A DNA stretch of 62,981 nucleotides, filler included, from an uncultured Methanosarcinales archaeon (GTDB lineage Archaea > Nanobdellota > Nanobdellia > Woesearchaeales > CAYNLP01): assembly GCA_964398115.1 (NCBI GenBank). It is 4 parts of 4 records of this genome, joined end to end, with 100 filler letters (N's around TTAATTAATTAA, not from the genome) between each part and the next. Parts side by side here need not be neighbours in the genome. Positions count along the whole stretch, not along the records: positions 1 to 15,926 come from CAYNLP010000021.1; 3 more parts are not named here. The stretch is one strand, 5' to 3'. Shown in pieces: positions 1 to 9,551 of this stretch. Position 1 is the stretch's first letter, and each line of letters starts with the position of its first letter. A model generated the notes under the pieces. The model was not told the DNA's origin. It ran no database searches and saw only the letters and a list, made by a program, of their open reading frames with translations. A program made the position numbers and the translations under genes.

Positions 1-752
1 ACTTCTCGGTCAAGTATTTTTTCAGCTTCCATAGCTGTGATTTCAGAGACAGTGGTGAAAACGTCGCAAGCAGGCGCCGCCGCTTTCTCCGTAGTGTATT
101 TATCTTTCACTTGGTGTTCTTTAACTTCTTTCTCAACATCTAAATCTTGTAACTTTCCGTATAAGTGCTCTCCTGCTCCAGCTATGCTTCTTCCTAACAT
201 GGTAGCGTGTGTTGTGAAAACAGTTTTTACTTCAGGCCTCTTCTCTTCAAGGTATAAGATTGAAAAACTGCTCAACCATTCGTGGCAGTGATGTATTATA
301 TTCATCTTCCCTAAATATTCACTAATTCTCTCCATCAATATACCTACAGCCCAACTCCATACCATTGGTTCTTCAAAATCCCATCCACTGTTCATACTGT
401 CTATATTGTATTCTTCCCATAATTTTTTCTTTATCTCACCTTTTTTATCTACCAACCCGTCAAAGTCAAGAAGTACAGTTTTAGGATCACCTGCTACTTC
501 CCACTCGCCATAATGACATTCAACACCAAGTTCATTCATTTCTTCAAAAGCTTTTTTCAAAAAGTCAGGGATTTCTTCAAATTCGTTAAAACTTGATTCC
601 GCTTTTTCTTCAAAGTAGGGACCAATCAAGAAATAATTATCATAATGTTCTTGCATTGCTCGTACTTTACTCTTTACAACCGTGTAGATACCACCAACTT
701 TGTTGCACACTTCCCATGAACTTTCGAACAAGTAATCAGCTTTTTTCTCCAT
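1..752 (-). CDS. GT3-family (eukaryote/Bacteroidetes-type) glycogen synthase, N-terminal part; runs off the window edge
   Basis: Not in the ORF track. Manual translation from the ATG at 752 gives MEKKADYLFESSWEVCNKVGGIYTV...HCHEW...VFTTHATMLGR, hallmark GT3 motifs. The start overlaps the upstream stop (TAATG). Confidence 0.9.
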   Translation of the reverse strand, partial: MEKKADYLFESSWEVCNKVGGIYTVVKSKVRAMQEHYDNYFLIGPYFEEKAESSFNEFEEIPDFLKKAFEEMNELGVECHYGEWEVAGDPKTVLLDFDGLVDKKGEIKKKLWEEYNIDSMNSGWDFEEPMVWSWAVGILMERISEYLGKMNIIHHCHEWLSSFSILYLEEKRPEVKTVFTTHATMLGRSIAGAGEHLYGKLQDLDVEKEVKEHQVKDKYTTEKAAAPACDVFTTVSEITAMEAEKILDRE

Positions 753-1186
753 TATCCTAATGCGTTCAGCACACCTGCGGTTAGTAGTCCAAGTATGAAT
801 CCAAATATCAAACCGTATATGAATTCTTTACGTAAGAATTCTCCGTGTTCAGTTTCGATTGGATGGTCCACCTTTGCCTTTTTACCCTCAGATTCATTGG
901 AACTTTTGAAATCTTCTTTATAATGTTCTTTCACAACACGGTGTAAGACATCAATCATTTCTTTCCTGCTTTCACAATTTTCAACTTTTTCAGCTAATTC
1001 TTTTTTTTCATGAACATCTCTTATCCAATTTGCAAAGTCGTTTCTGTCATTAGTTACGTGTTGTTTAAATTCATCATCAGATATTTGTCTTAAGAATTCT
1101 AAAAGTTCTTCTATAGTACTAACTTGTTCCCCACTTACAAGTACAAATTCCTCTCCTTCCGGAGCGGGTTGATTAACCAAAATCAT
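752..1186 (-). CDS. Small glycogen-cluster protein (DUF5752-like) with a C-terminal transmembrane helix
   Basis: F.L..GE.V.TIEEL...L......F..HV....NDFANWIRDV motif; hydrophobic C-terminal tail FIYGLIFGFILGLLTAGVL. Confidence 0.6.
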   Translation of the reverse strand: MILVNQPAPEGEEFVLVSGEQVSTIEELLEFLRQISDDEFKQHVTNDRNDFANWIRDVHEKKELAEKVENCESRKEMIDVLHRVVKEHYKEDFKSSNESEGKKAKVDHPIETEHGEFLRKEFIYGLIFGFILGLLTAGVLNALG

Positions 1187-1199
1187 GTCACCTCTTTTT

Positions 1200-2438
1200 T
1201 TACAGTTTTGAACTTGGATTTTCCGTTATTTCGAGTTTAGGTTCTTCTTCTAATGCTTCAGGGTTGTGCTCTTTCAACCTTAATGTTATGTCATTAAGTA
1301 CATTCATAAATGAGATGTAAGCTTCGTAGGGACTGTCGTGTGGGTTGAAATATTTGTGTACGTCTCCATCAGCAAACCATTTTATGCACATGTAATAAAA
1401 GTGATCGCTAGTTGTTAATTTTCTCCAATCTTCTAATAGTTCTGGATCGCCGGCGTTTTTAATAGCTTCTTCTAATTCAAATAGTTGATTTAATGCCGCA
1501 TCTTGTATTGCGTTGCCCGTCCAAGCGCTCAAGTCTCTTTCCACATCTGCCCAACTTACGTGATGGTGAATGTCGAGTTCTCCTCTTGGTTCAAAATCTA
1601 ACACCTCGCTTGGAGTTCTAAAGTGAAGGTGATCGTGTTGGAGTATTTCTTCAGGTAATTCTTCTAAAAAGTCTAGGATTCCTGTATCTTCCCAGTGGTG
1701 TTCGCCAAAGGTTTCGTAGTCCATAAATAAGTTTATCGTGTCACCTTGTATTTGGCTGAGCCAGTGAGCAAATTTTTCTTTTGTCAAGGGGTGTTCTTCC
1801 CATCCTTCATTGCTGAATCTGAAAGCTATATCATCACTTAGCTTATAGTTTTTAGTAAGCATTTTCATGTTTTCAGTGCCTTTTGGTTTGTAGACAAAGT
1901 TGGGACTTCTCCATCCTAACGCGTGATCTGCGCCTTCAGCTAAGATTCCTTCATAACCCATGTCTTCAGCAAGCATAGCTAATTCATTATTATATATCAA
2001 TTCTGTGTTTCGGAAAACTTTTGGTTTTTGGTTGAAGTGTTCCTTTATCATCCTCTTGTGTTTTTCTACTTGTTGTTTGAATTCTTCTTGGCTATAGAGG
2101 AAAGCGAGAGAATGGTAGTATGTTTCTGATAAGAATTCTACCTTCCCTGTGTCGGCGAGTTTTTTGAAACTTTCTAGTACTTCGGGCGTATATTTTTTGA
2201 ATTGTTCCATCGCCGTACCTGTAATGCTGAACGCTACTTTGAAATCTCCGTCTTGTTTTTTAATTTGTTTTAGTAGTGCGTTATTTGCAGGAAGGTAACA
2301 TTTATTGGCTACTTTCTCCGCTACTTTTCTATTCTTTTGTTCGTCAAAATAATTGCTATGATTGCCTATATCGAAGACTCCGTAATCATCTAACCTCATT
2401 GGTTGATGTACTTGGAAGTAAAAGCATACTGAGGTCAT
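1200..2438 (-). CDS. Glycoside hydrolase family 57 (alpha-amylase type)
   Basis: FQVHQP, ETYYHSL, FRNTELIY, FMDYETFGEH, SWAD and TTSDH motifs of GH57. Confidence 0.92.
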   Translation of the reverse strand: MTSVCFYFQVHQPMRLDDYGVFDIGNHSNYFDEQKNRKVAEKVANKCYLPANNALLKQIKKQDGDFKVAFSITGTAMEQFKKYTPEVLESFKKLADTGKVEFLSETYYHSLAFLYSQEEFKQQVEKHKRMIKEHFNQKPKVFRNTELIYNNELAMLAEDMGYEGILAEGADHALGWRSPNFVYKPKGTENMKMLTKNYKLSDDIAFRFSNEGWEEHPLTKEKFAHWLSQIQGDTINLFMDYETFGEHHWEDTGILDFLEELPEEILQHDHLHFRTPSEVLDFEPRGELDIHHHVSWADVERDLSAWTGNAIQDAALNQLFELEEAIKNAGDPELLEDWRKLTTSDHFYYMCIKWFADGDVHKYFNPHDSPYEAYISFMNVLNDITLRLKEHNPEALEEEPKLEITENPSSKL

Positions 2439-3652
2439 GCTTTCACCTGCAATCTGTTGTATATGTCTATTACTTCAGCAGCTGGACGCCTCCAGTCAAA
2501 TTTCATAACTTCAACACTTCCATGTTCTTTCAAACTGTCGTTAACTTTCTGATAATTCAACAAAGCAAGTATGTTTTCAGCGATTTTATCAGTATCCCAA
2601 AAGTCTACTTTTATCACATGATCCAGTACTTCGCTCACTCCTGACTGTTTAGAAATTATAGCTGGTGTTTCTTGTACCATAGCTTCTAGTGGGACTAGTC
2701 CAAATGGTTCTGATACAGAAGGCATTACAAAAACGTCAGCCATGCTGTAAAGTTCTTCAACGTCATTTACAAATCCAGGGAAGATTATTTTATGTCCGAT
2801 ACCTAGACTTGCTGCTTTATCTATTACTTGTTGCATCATGTCGCCAGTACCCGCCATTATGAACTTGACTTTAGGATCGTGTTCTAATACTTTCTTCGCT
2901 GCTTCTACAAAGTAATCAGGACCTTTTTGAAGGGTTATCCTTCCAACGAAAAGTACGATTTTATCGTCTTTCTTAATATTTGAATCTGCGTGTTCTAATG
3001 GTGGATCTAGATTTACAGCGTTGTAAACTACTTCTATTTTTTCTTCTGGAATTCCATACTGTTCTATGCATCTTTGTTTTATCCTCTTGCTTACCGTTAT
3101 CACAACATCTGCTTCTTGCATTCCTTGTCTTTCTAGATCGTAGACTCTTTGGTTTACTCCTCCATCTCCGGTTCTGTCAAATTCGGTTGCGTGTACGTGG
3201 ACCACCATTGGTTTCCCACTTTGCTTCTTTGCTGCTATAGCCGCAGGATAGGTAAGCCAGTCGTGAGCGTGGATGACGTCATGGTCGTAGACTTTAGCTA
3301 GTTTCCCCCCGATTTCACCGAATCTATCAACTTCTTGGAAGAGAGTAGGGGAGTATACTTTTTTAGAAACTTTTTCCATTTCTTTTATTTCTTCATATTC
3401 TTCTTTGTATTGTTTTTCTGTAATGTATGGAGAAATGATTGATTCTACAGCTTCAACTCTCAGGTTAGATCCAAGGTTTTCAGCTACCTTTAGGTTAACG
3501 TAGTCAGCGTCTATGCCTTCTGGACCGAAGGGCATCACGTATGTTGTTTCCACTCCCATTTCACTCATGGCTTTTGTTAGTTCGTAGCAAACCACACCTA
3601 ATCCTCCAGAGAAATGAGGTGGAAACTCCCAGCCGAACATAAGGACCTTCAC
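2435..3652 (-). CDS. GT4 glycosyltransferase (alpha-glucan synthesis)
   Basis: GWEFPPHFSGGLG, HAHDWLT, HVHATE, QKGP and EPFGLVPLEA motifs. Confidence 0.9.
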   Translation of the reverse strand: MKVLMFGWEFPPHFSGGLGVVCYELTKAMSEMGVETTYVMPFGPEGIDADYVNLKVAENLGSNLRVEAVESIISPYITEKQYKEEYEEIKEMEKVSKKVYSPTLFQEVDRFGEIGGKLAKVYDHDVIHAHDWLTYPAAIAAKKQSGKPMVVHVHATEFDRTGDGGVNQRVYDLERQGMQEADVVITVSKRIKQRCIEQYGIPEEKIEVVYNAVNLDPPLEHADSNIKKDDKIVLFVGRITLQKGPDYFVEAAKKVLEHDPKVKFIMAGTGDMMQQVIDKAASLGIGHKIIFPGFVNDVEELYSMADVFVMPSVSEPFGLVPLEAMVQETPAIISKQSGVSEVLDHVIKVDFWDTDKIAENILALLNYQKVNDSLKEHGSVEVMKFDWRRPAAEVIDIYNRLQVKA

Positions 3653-3853
3653 AGCTTACCCACCCCATTGGAAAACATCGATAAATTCACCTCTTTTTTT
3701 GTATATAAGTGCTTTATCTTTTGTAGAGAACGTGTTCTATATAAAAAGTTTTTGTTTTAAAACTGGTTTTAGAAAAATATTTATTTTTACTTTAATTATT
3801 TAATAAACTATTTTTACTAAAATTTAAATAGTAGCATCCACGTACTTCAAAAT

Positions 3854-4510
3854 ATGAATATTTGGGACTTGCTGGATGAGAGCAAATGGGCGATTATAAA
3901 CCAACTCACTCACGGTAAAAAAACGATGAGGGAAGTAGCAGAGAATATAAATAGTTCTGTGGCAAATATTGGAAATCACTTAAAATTGATGGAAGCATAT
4001 GGATTTGTAGATAAGGAAAAAGACAAGAAGAATAAAGGCCCTGGTAAGCCTTCTCATATTTACGAACTCAAGCAAGATTTTTCTATGATAGCATACGCAG
4101 CTCATAACACCGCAGAGAGGAAAGTGATGGAAGACTTAGATAGGTATCATAAGATGATACTGAGTATTTTAATGCTTGAAAATCCGGAAGACCATTACTT
4201 CTTACACAAGCTTTTATGGCAGAATGAAGAATTGATTCAAAATTGTAAAGCTATAAACTTTTTAGAAAGTGATAGAGAGAAGATACAACTTTTCATCGTA
4301 ACGGATCACTTAGAAGAGATAAGAGAAAACTTTAGTAATGTAGTTTTAGAAAATCCAGGGGGAGAAGAAAAAAAGGTGGTGTGTTGGAGTCACAACGAAG
4401 ATGAAATCGAAAGGGGTTTAGAAGAAGACGACGAGTATTATGAAGATTTAGTTGACGAGTTTAAAATAATCTATGATCCAGAAAATATTATGAGGAGGTG
4501 GAGTTCTTGA
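3854..4510 (+). CDS. Winged-HTH (ArsR-like) transcriptional regulator with an uncharacterised C-terminal domain
   Basis: N-terminal wHTH (TMREVAENINSSVANIGNHLKLMEAYGFV...GPGKPSHIY); divergent from the glycogen cluster. Confidence 0.7.
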   Translation: MNIWDLLDESKWAIINQLTHGKKTMREVAENINSSVANIGNHLKLMEAYGFVDKEKDKKNKGPGKPSHIYELKQDFSMIAYAAHNTAERKVMEDLDRYHKMILSILMLENPEDHYFLHKLLWQNEELIQNCKAINFLESDREKIQLFIVTDHLEEIRENFSNVVLENPGGEEKKVVCWSHNEDEIERGLEEDDEYYEDLVDEFKIIYDPENIMRRWSS

Positions 4511-4791
4511 ATAAATTAGTTAAAATAATTGAATCGATGGATAGAGAAGATTTGAATAAGATAAAGCGAGATTTAGAAGAAGGAAACATCAGACGGTTAG
4601 TAAACAAGAGATTGAATGAATTAGATGATGATAACAAAGTTTGTCCAGTTTGCAGTACAAAAGTCACTAGTGATGATTACGTCTTGGAATTCGGCGAAGT
4701 AGGTTTGAGGATGAAAGCAACTTTTGATGAACTGGATTGTTTACAACACTTCATTAAGAAGAGACGATCTTCCGACTCTTCATCCTCATGA
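4498..4791 (+). CDS. Small protein with a TRASH/YHS-like metal-binding motif
   Basis: CPVC...ATFDELDCL; start overlaps the regulator gene. Confidence 0.5.
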   Translation: MEFLNKLVKIIESMDREDLNKIKRDLEEGNIRRLVNKRLNELDDDNKVCPVCSTKVTSDDYVLEFGEVGLRMKATFDELDCLQHFIKKRRSSDSSSS

Positions 4792-4915
4792 AAGTCTTTC
4801 CGTTACGACGTTCAATTTGAAGATGTTTCATAGTGTCATCTTCAACTTTTACAGAATCTCGAATTGTTTTATCATCTAGTTCTCTCTTGTTAAAAAACTT
4901 GCATTCCATTATCAT
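4754..4915 (-). CDS. Small hypothetical protein (53 aa)
   Basis: Manual translation MIMECKFFNKRELDDKTIRDSVKVEDDTMKHLQIERRNGKTFMRMKSRKIVSS; GGGGGT immediately upstream. Confidence 0.4.
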   Translation of the reverse strand: MIMECKFFNKRELDDKTIRDSVKVEDDTMKHLQIERRNGKTFMRMKSRKIVSS

Positions 4916-5065
4916 ACCCCCAACGCTAGCAATGTGAAATAGAGATGGTTTTTAAGTATTATTGTGATGTTGTGCTTCTAGTATACTAATATGTATACTA
5001 TTTCCAAAACTTATTTATAACAAGAGGTGTTACTAACAATTGGGGGTTACACGATAAATAGCGCA

Positions 5066-5335
5066 ATGGATCAGTTAGATTTCGATGAAATCATGGATTT
5101 ACAGAGGAAGTTAGCCTCTGAAGTCGCCGAAGAGCAAGAGACTGATAATAAAATAACTCTGATGAGTATCATTAATGACATGACTAGCGGTGAAAAAGAC
5201 ATCATTCAGAAAGAACGCGTGATTATAGAAGCACAACAACAAGGCTTGAATGAAGAGCAAGTTGAGCGTTTGTTAAAAGAATTAGAAAGCGATAATTTCT
5301 TGATAGAAGAAAAAGGTTATATCAAAACGCTTTAA
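5066..5335 (+). CDS. Stand-alone winged-helix protein resembling the MCM C-terminal WH domain
   Basis: KITLMSIINDM...IIEAQQQGLNEEQVERLLKELESDNFLIEEKGYIKTL; ATG at 5066 preceded by GGGGG. Confidence 0.55.
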   Translation: MDQLDFDEIMDLQRKLASEVAEEQETDNKITLMSIINDMTSGEKDIIQKERVIIEAQQQGLNEEQVERLLKELESDNFLIEEKGYIKTL

Positions 5336-7671
5336 GCAAAACCACCTAGACTTGTCTGATGAGTTCCTTTCAAAACATCATCAAATTTCAATCCGTAAAA
5401 CTGCAGTATTTGATCTGCAATCGGCTTTAATTGTTTTTCTAAGTAGTGGTCGTAATCTATCGTGTGTTCAACACTATTTACTGGTTCAGGACCACCCACT
5501 GTCTGAACGTATTCTATTATGTTACTTTCTATATTTTCCATCTTCCTCGCAGCTTTAACATGCGGCGGCGTGGTCTTAACATAATCTTCAGGACTTTTTC
5601 TTAACGCTTTTCTGTAAACGAGTAAATCATCCAATTTTCCATCCTTTAATCTTTCCACGAATTCTGACACGAATTCTTTGGGATCCTCTTCTGCAAAAAT
5701 CCTCTTTAACAATCCTTTCTGAAATTCTTTTGCTAAATCCGTCCAGTCTCTCCTTACAATTTCTAATCCTACAACTTCCATGTCTTCTTCCTCTCCATCG
5801 GTTACAACGCCGGCGTATCTTTTTTTAGCTCCAGACTGGCTTCCTCTAGTCTTGGGCATGAAGAATTTTCTATACGTTTTTTCAAACTCCATCTGTATGT
5901 ATGATTTCAAATCGTGTTTTTCTCTCACGTGATCTTTGAAAAATTTGTTTATGTATTCTTCAATTTCTAATCCTATTTTTTGTGATTTGTCGTAGTTGTC
6001 AACATCTAAGTCTATGAATATCGAATCGGTGTCTCCGTATATGACGTCATATCCTTTTTCTCTTATTTTTTCAGCTGTCAGTTTGATTATGTGTTGTCCG
6101 AAGTGTGTTATGGCGTTGGCCATTTCGAAATTATAGAATCTGCAATTTGGATTTGCTAACACGCCGAATACTGAGTTCATTAGTACTTTTATTGCGTAGC
6201 TGGCTAGGTCATTGTTTTTTGCCTTGGCTTCATCCCGTCTCTCCCATAATTCTTGTAGTAAATCTGGTATTATCCCACTTTCTCTTCTGAATTTAGCTCC
6301 GTTAGGTGCTTCTATCAAATCACTGAATTCTTCTTCCTTGCTTGGTTGCACGTAGGTTAGTGGGTCGATGTTGAAGGTTCTCATAATGCTTGGGTACAGG
6401 CTGGCGAAGTCGCACACGATTACGTAATCATAGATTCCTGGTTTGCTTTCCATAACATGTCCGCCTGTTATTCTTTCGCCTTTAGATCTGTAATCTCTGG
6501 TTGGTGCTACGTATCCTCGATTTCTTAATTCTGTGAGGTATAGGTTGTCGAGGCTTGCGATTGAGCTTTTGACTCGGTCTAGTTGCATTCCTGTTATGAG
6601 ACTTCTTTGTATGGTTAGTGGCAAGACGCCGCTTTCTTCTAAGATGTCGTAGACAAGTTTTGCGTCTTTCAAATTGTATTTTATGAGTTTATCCTGATCG
6701 TTTTGATAAGCGTCTTCTATCTGGTCGTATTTATCATCGCCTTCTATTATTTTCTCTTCATCTAGATATTCTTTTGCTGCCGTGTCAAGTTTGTGGTCTT
6801 CCAAGCGTACGAAGCTTATCCTCATGAGGTGTATGCCATCGAGGATTTGCCTGCCAGGAAAGTCTGCTGTGCTGTCTCGCATAAAAGAACTGTATCTTCT
6901 CAAAGTGCACTTTTTGTCTGTTCTGCCCAAATCGAATTTGAGGTTATATTCTTTGAATTTTTCTTCTAAGAAGTCTAGGTCGAAATCTATTACGTTCCAT
7001 CCAGTTATTATGTCAGGATCTAATTTCAAAACAAGTTCTCGAAATCTTTTTAGAAGTTGTAGTTCGTTTGGATAACTTTCTGCGTTTTCAAACTCGTCTT
7101 CACTTTTTATCAGACAATTTTCGTATTCTCCTGTATAGAGGCTTATGCTATATAGTTGTTCTCCTTCCTTATCAGTTTCGATGTCAAAGGATAAAGTTTT
7201 GAGATTTGGAGTCCATGAAGTTGGGTTAATGTCAGGATCTACATATACTCGATCTACTCTTGCGTCGTGTTCTTCATCGTCTTCGTAATCACCCTCTATC
7301 TCCATTGAGCCACGGATTTCTTCATCTATGAAGTATCTGTATACGAATCGTACGTCTGCTTCGTAAGTCGGTATCTCATTATCATGCAACTTATCTCGTA
7401 TATCAGGAACGTTTTTCGGATTGGTTAAAGTTATCTTTGATACTGGTTCTCTGTTGAAGTTTTTGAGTTCTGTCTTTTCTGCTTTTACTTCGAATGGGAA
7501 TTTTTCGGCTATTACTCTTGCGTCTTCCATGTCTTCTTGTCGTATGAAGAAGTAGGGGTCTGTCGGGTGTATTGACAGGAAGGTTTCTCCGTTTTCCAAG
7601 CGTCCGAATATTTTTACTTTAGCCTGACTGTCTTTTACTTCGTAGGTTGGGTAGACGATAAATCCTTTCAT
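5332..7671 (-). CDS. polB: Family B DNA polymerase, E. coli Pol II-like
   Basis: ExoI FDIET, ExoII GWNVIDFD, DFASLYPS, KVLMNSVFG, YGDTDS, KKRY; C-terminal clamp motif QTSLGGF. Confidence 0.95.
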   Translation of the reverse strand: MKGFIVYPTYEVKDSQAKVKIFGRLENGETFLSIHPTDPYFFIRQEDMEDARVIAEKFPFEVKAEKTELKNFNREPVSKITLTNPKNVPDIRDKLHDNEIPTYEADVRFVYRYFIDEEIRGSMEIEGDYEDDEEHDARVDRVYVDPDINPTSWTPNLKTLSFDIETDKEGEQLYSISLYTGEYENCLIKSEDEFENAESYPNELQLLKRFRELVLKLDPDIITGWNVIDFDLDFLEEKFKEYNLKFDLGRTDKKCTLRRYSSFMRDSTADFPGRQILDGIHLMRISFVRLEDHKLDTAAKEYLDEEKIIEGDDKYDQIEDAYQNDQDKLIKYNLKDAKLVYDILEESGVLPLTIQRSLITGMQLDRVKSSIASLDNLYLTELRNRGYVAPTRDYRSKGERITGGHVMESKPGIYDYVIVCDFASLYPSIMRTFNIDPLTYVQPSKEEEFSDLIEAPNGAKFRRESGIIPDLLQELWERRDEAKAKNNDLASYAIKVLMNSVFGVLANPNCRFYNFEMANAITHFGQHIIKLTAEKIREKGYDVIYGDTDSIFIDLDVDNYDKSQKIGLEIEEYINKFFKDHVREKHDLKSYIQMEFEKTYRKFFMPKTRGSQSGAKKRYAGVVTDGEEEDMEVVGLEIVRRDWTDLAKEFQKGLLKRIFAEEDPKEFVSEFVERLKDGKLDDLLVYRKALRKSPEDYVKTTPPHVKAARKMENIESNIIEYVQTVGGPEPVNSVEHTIDYDHYLEKQLKPIADQILQFYGLKFDDVLKGTHQTSLGGFA

Positions 7672-7781
7672 ATTTTTTTGAATGAAAACTTTCGAATATA
7701 AAAAGACTAATTCTTTTCAATATAGACAATAATTATTTCTTCTTTAACTTTATATACACGCAACAATACTTCTACTACACG

Positions 7782-9548
7782 ATGCCAAAAGACCGAATGA
7801 TGATTGTGAAAAAGGAACGCTGCAACCCACAAGGCTGTGGCGGGTACCTTTGCGTAAGAGTTAGCCCTAGCAATAGGGCTGGAAAAGACGCGATAGTAAA
7901 AAGCGACGATGGTAAAGTGGAAGTAAACGAAGACCAGATAACCCAAGCAGATTTTATAGCAGCTAAGAAATGTCCTTTCGACGCGTTGAAACTAGTAAAC
8001 CTTCCTCAAGAACTTGAAAGAGAACCTTTACACAGGTTTGACAAAAACAGCTTTGCACTCTACAACCTACCCGTGCCAAAGTTTGGAAAAGTAACCGGAG
8101 TGATAGGAAAAAACGGAATTGGAAAAAGCACCGCAGTAAAAATACTCGCCGGCCTTATACAACCCAACCTTGGAGATTACGAAAGCGACGGAGCTAGCTT
8201 TGAAGAGGTCAAAGACTACTTTAAAGGTACGGAAGCACAAAACTACTTTCAAAAACTTCAAGATGGGGAGATAGAAGTAAGTTACAAACCGCAAAGAGTA
8301 GAGCTCATTCCTAAAAAATACGACGGTACATGCAAAGACCTATTAGAAAATGTGAACGAAAAAAGCGACGAATACCTAGAAGAACTGATAGAAACTCTCG
8401 AATTAAAGAAGATATTAGACCACGATATTAACAATGTAAGTGGAGGAGAACTACAAAGAATGGCAATAGCCGCCACTGTTTTGAAAGACGCCAATGTTTA
8501 CATCTTTGATGAACCAACCAGCTACCTAGACATTAAGCAAAGACTGAAACTTAGCAAATTCATCCGAGAATTAGCTGATGCCGACACCGCTGTCATGATA
8601 ATCGAACACGACCTAATAATCTTGGATTATATGACAGACTTAATCCATCTCATGTATGGAGAAGCCACGGCTTACGGCATAGCAAGTCAAACTCAAAGCA
8701 CAAAGTCAGGAATAAACACTTACCTATCCGGATACCTCGCAAGTGAAAACATCCGGTTCCGAGATCACGAAATAGAGTTTGAAAAGAGAGCTCCGACAAA
8801 AAGCACGAAGATACAAACTCTGACTGAATGGGAAGACTTCACCGAAACTATCGGAAATTTTGAACTAGAAGCAAACTCGGGAACTATAAAACAAGGAGAA
8901 ATCATAGGCATCCTTGGTGAAAACGCTATTGGAAAAACCAGTTTTGTGAGAATACTCGCAGGCGAAATAGGCAATCACGAACTTAAAAATTTAGACGTTG
9001 CTTACAAACCACAATATCTAGAACCCGATGATCAAAGAGTATCTGTGTTTTTGAAAGACGCAATACAAAACCATAAAAACGACATAGTTGAACCACTCGG
9101 TATAAACGCTGTCGTAAATCTTAAATTATCTGACTTGAGCGGAGGAGAATTACAAAGAGTTATGATAGCCAAAGCATTAAGTGAAGACGTGGATCTCATA
9201 TTACTTGATGAACCAAGCGCGTATCTAGATGTAGAACAAAGATTGAAAGTAAGTGAAATTATCAGAAGCGTGGTAGAAAACACAGACAAAAGCGCATTAG
9301 TGGTAGATCACGATTTGCTATTCCTAGATTACCTAAGCGATCGACTCACAGTTTTCGACGGCGAACCTGCAGTAAAAGGAAACGTGAACGGACCATACAG
9401 CATGGAGGAAGGAATGAACAAGTTCTTACAAGACATTGGTATGACTTTCCGTCGAGATGAAGAAAACAACCGGCCACGAGCGAATAAAGTAGGTAGTGTG
9501 AAAGATCGCGAGCAGAAGAAATCAGGCAACCTCTATTACACGGGTTAA
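7782..9548 (+). CDS. rli: Ribosome recycling ATPase ABCE1/RLI
   Basis: N-terminal Fe-S domain, two ABC domains (GKNGIGKST, GENAIGKTS, SGGELQR x2), C-terminal RPRANK..S.KD.EQK. Confidence 0.97.
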   Translation: MPKDRMMIVKKERCNPQGCGGYLCVRVSPSNRAGKDAIVKSDDGKVEVNEDQITQADFIAAKKCPFDALKLVNLPQELEREPLHRFDKNSFALYNLPVPKFGKVTGVIGKNGIGKSTAVKILAGLIQPNLGDYESDGASFEEVKDYFKGTEAQNYFQKLQDGEIEVSYKPQRVELIPKKYDGTCKDLLENVNEKSDEYLEELIETLELKKILDHDINNVSGGELQRMAIAATVLKDANVYIFDEPTSYLDIKQRLKLSKFIRELADADTAVMIIEHDLIILDYMTDLIHLMYGEATAYGIASQTQSTKSGINTYLSGYLASENIRFRDHEIEFEKRAPTKSTKIQTLTEWEDFTETIGNFELEANSGTIKQGEIIGILGENAIGKTSFVRILAGEIGNHELKNLDVAYKPQYLEPDDQRVSVFLKDAIQNHKNDIVEPLGINAVVNLKLSDLSGGELQRVMIAKALSEDVDLILLDEPSAYLDVEQRLKVSEIIRSVVENTDKSALVVDHDLLFLDYLSDRLTVFDGEPAVKGNVNGPYSMEEGMNKFLQDIGMTFRRDEENNRPRANKVGSVKDREQKKSGNLYYTG

Positions 9549-9551
9549 AAA

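Noticed and set aside
37..291. 84-aa + strand ORF
   Set aside because: Antisense to the GT3 glycogen synthase
3660..3853. AT-rich stretch as a possible replication origin (also 13521-13742 and 51968-52087)
   Set aside because: No ORB repeats or orc1/cdc6; explained as divergent promoter regions
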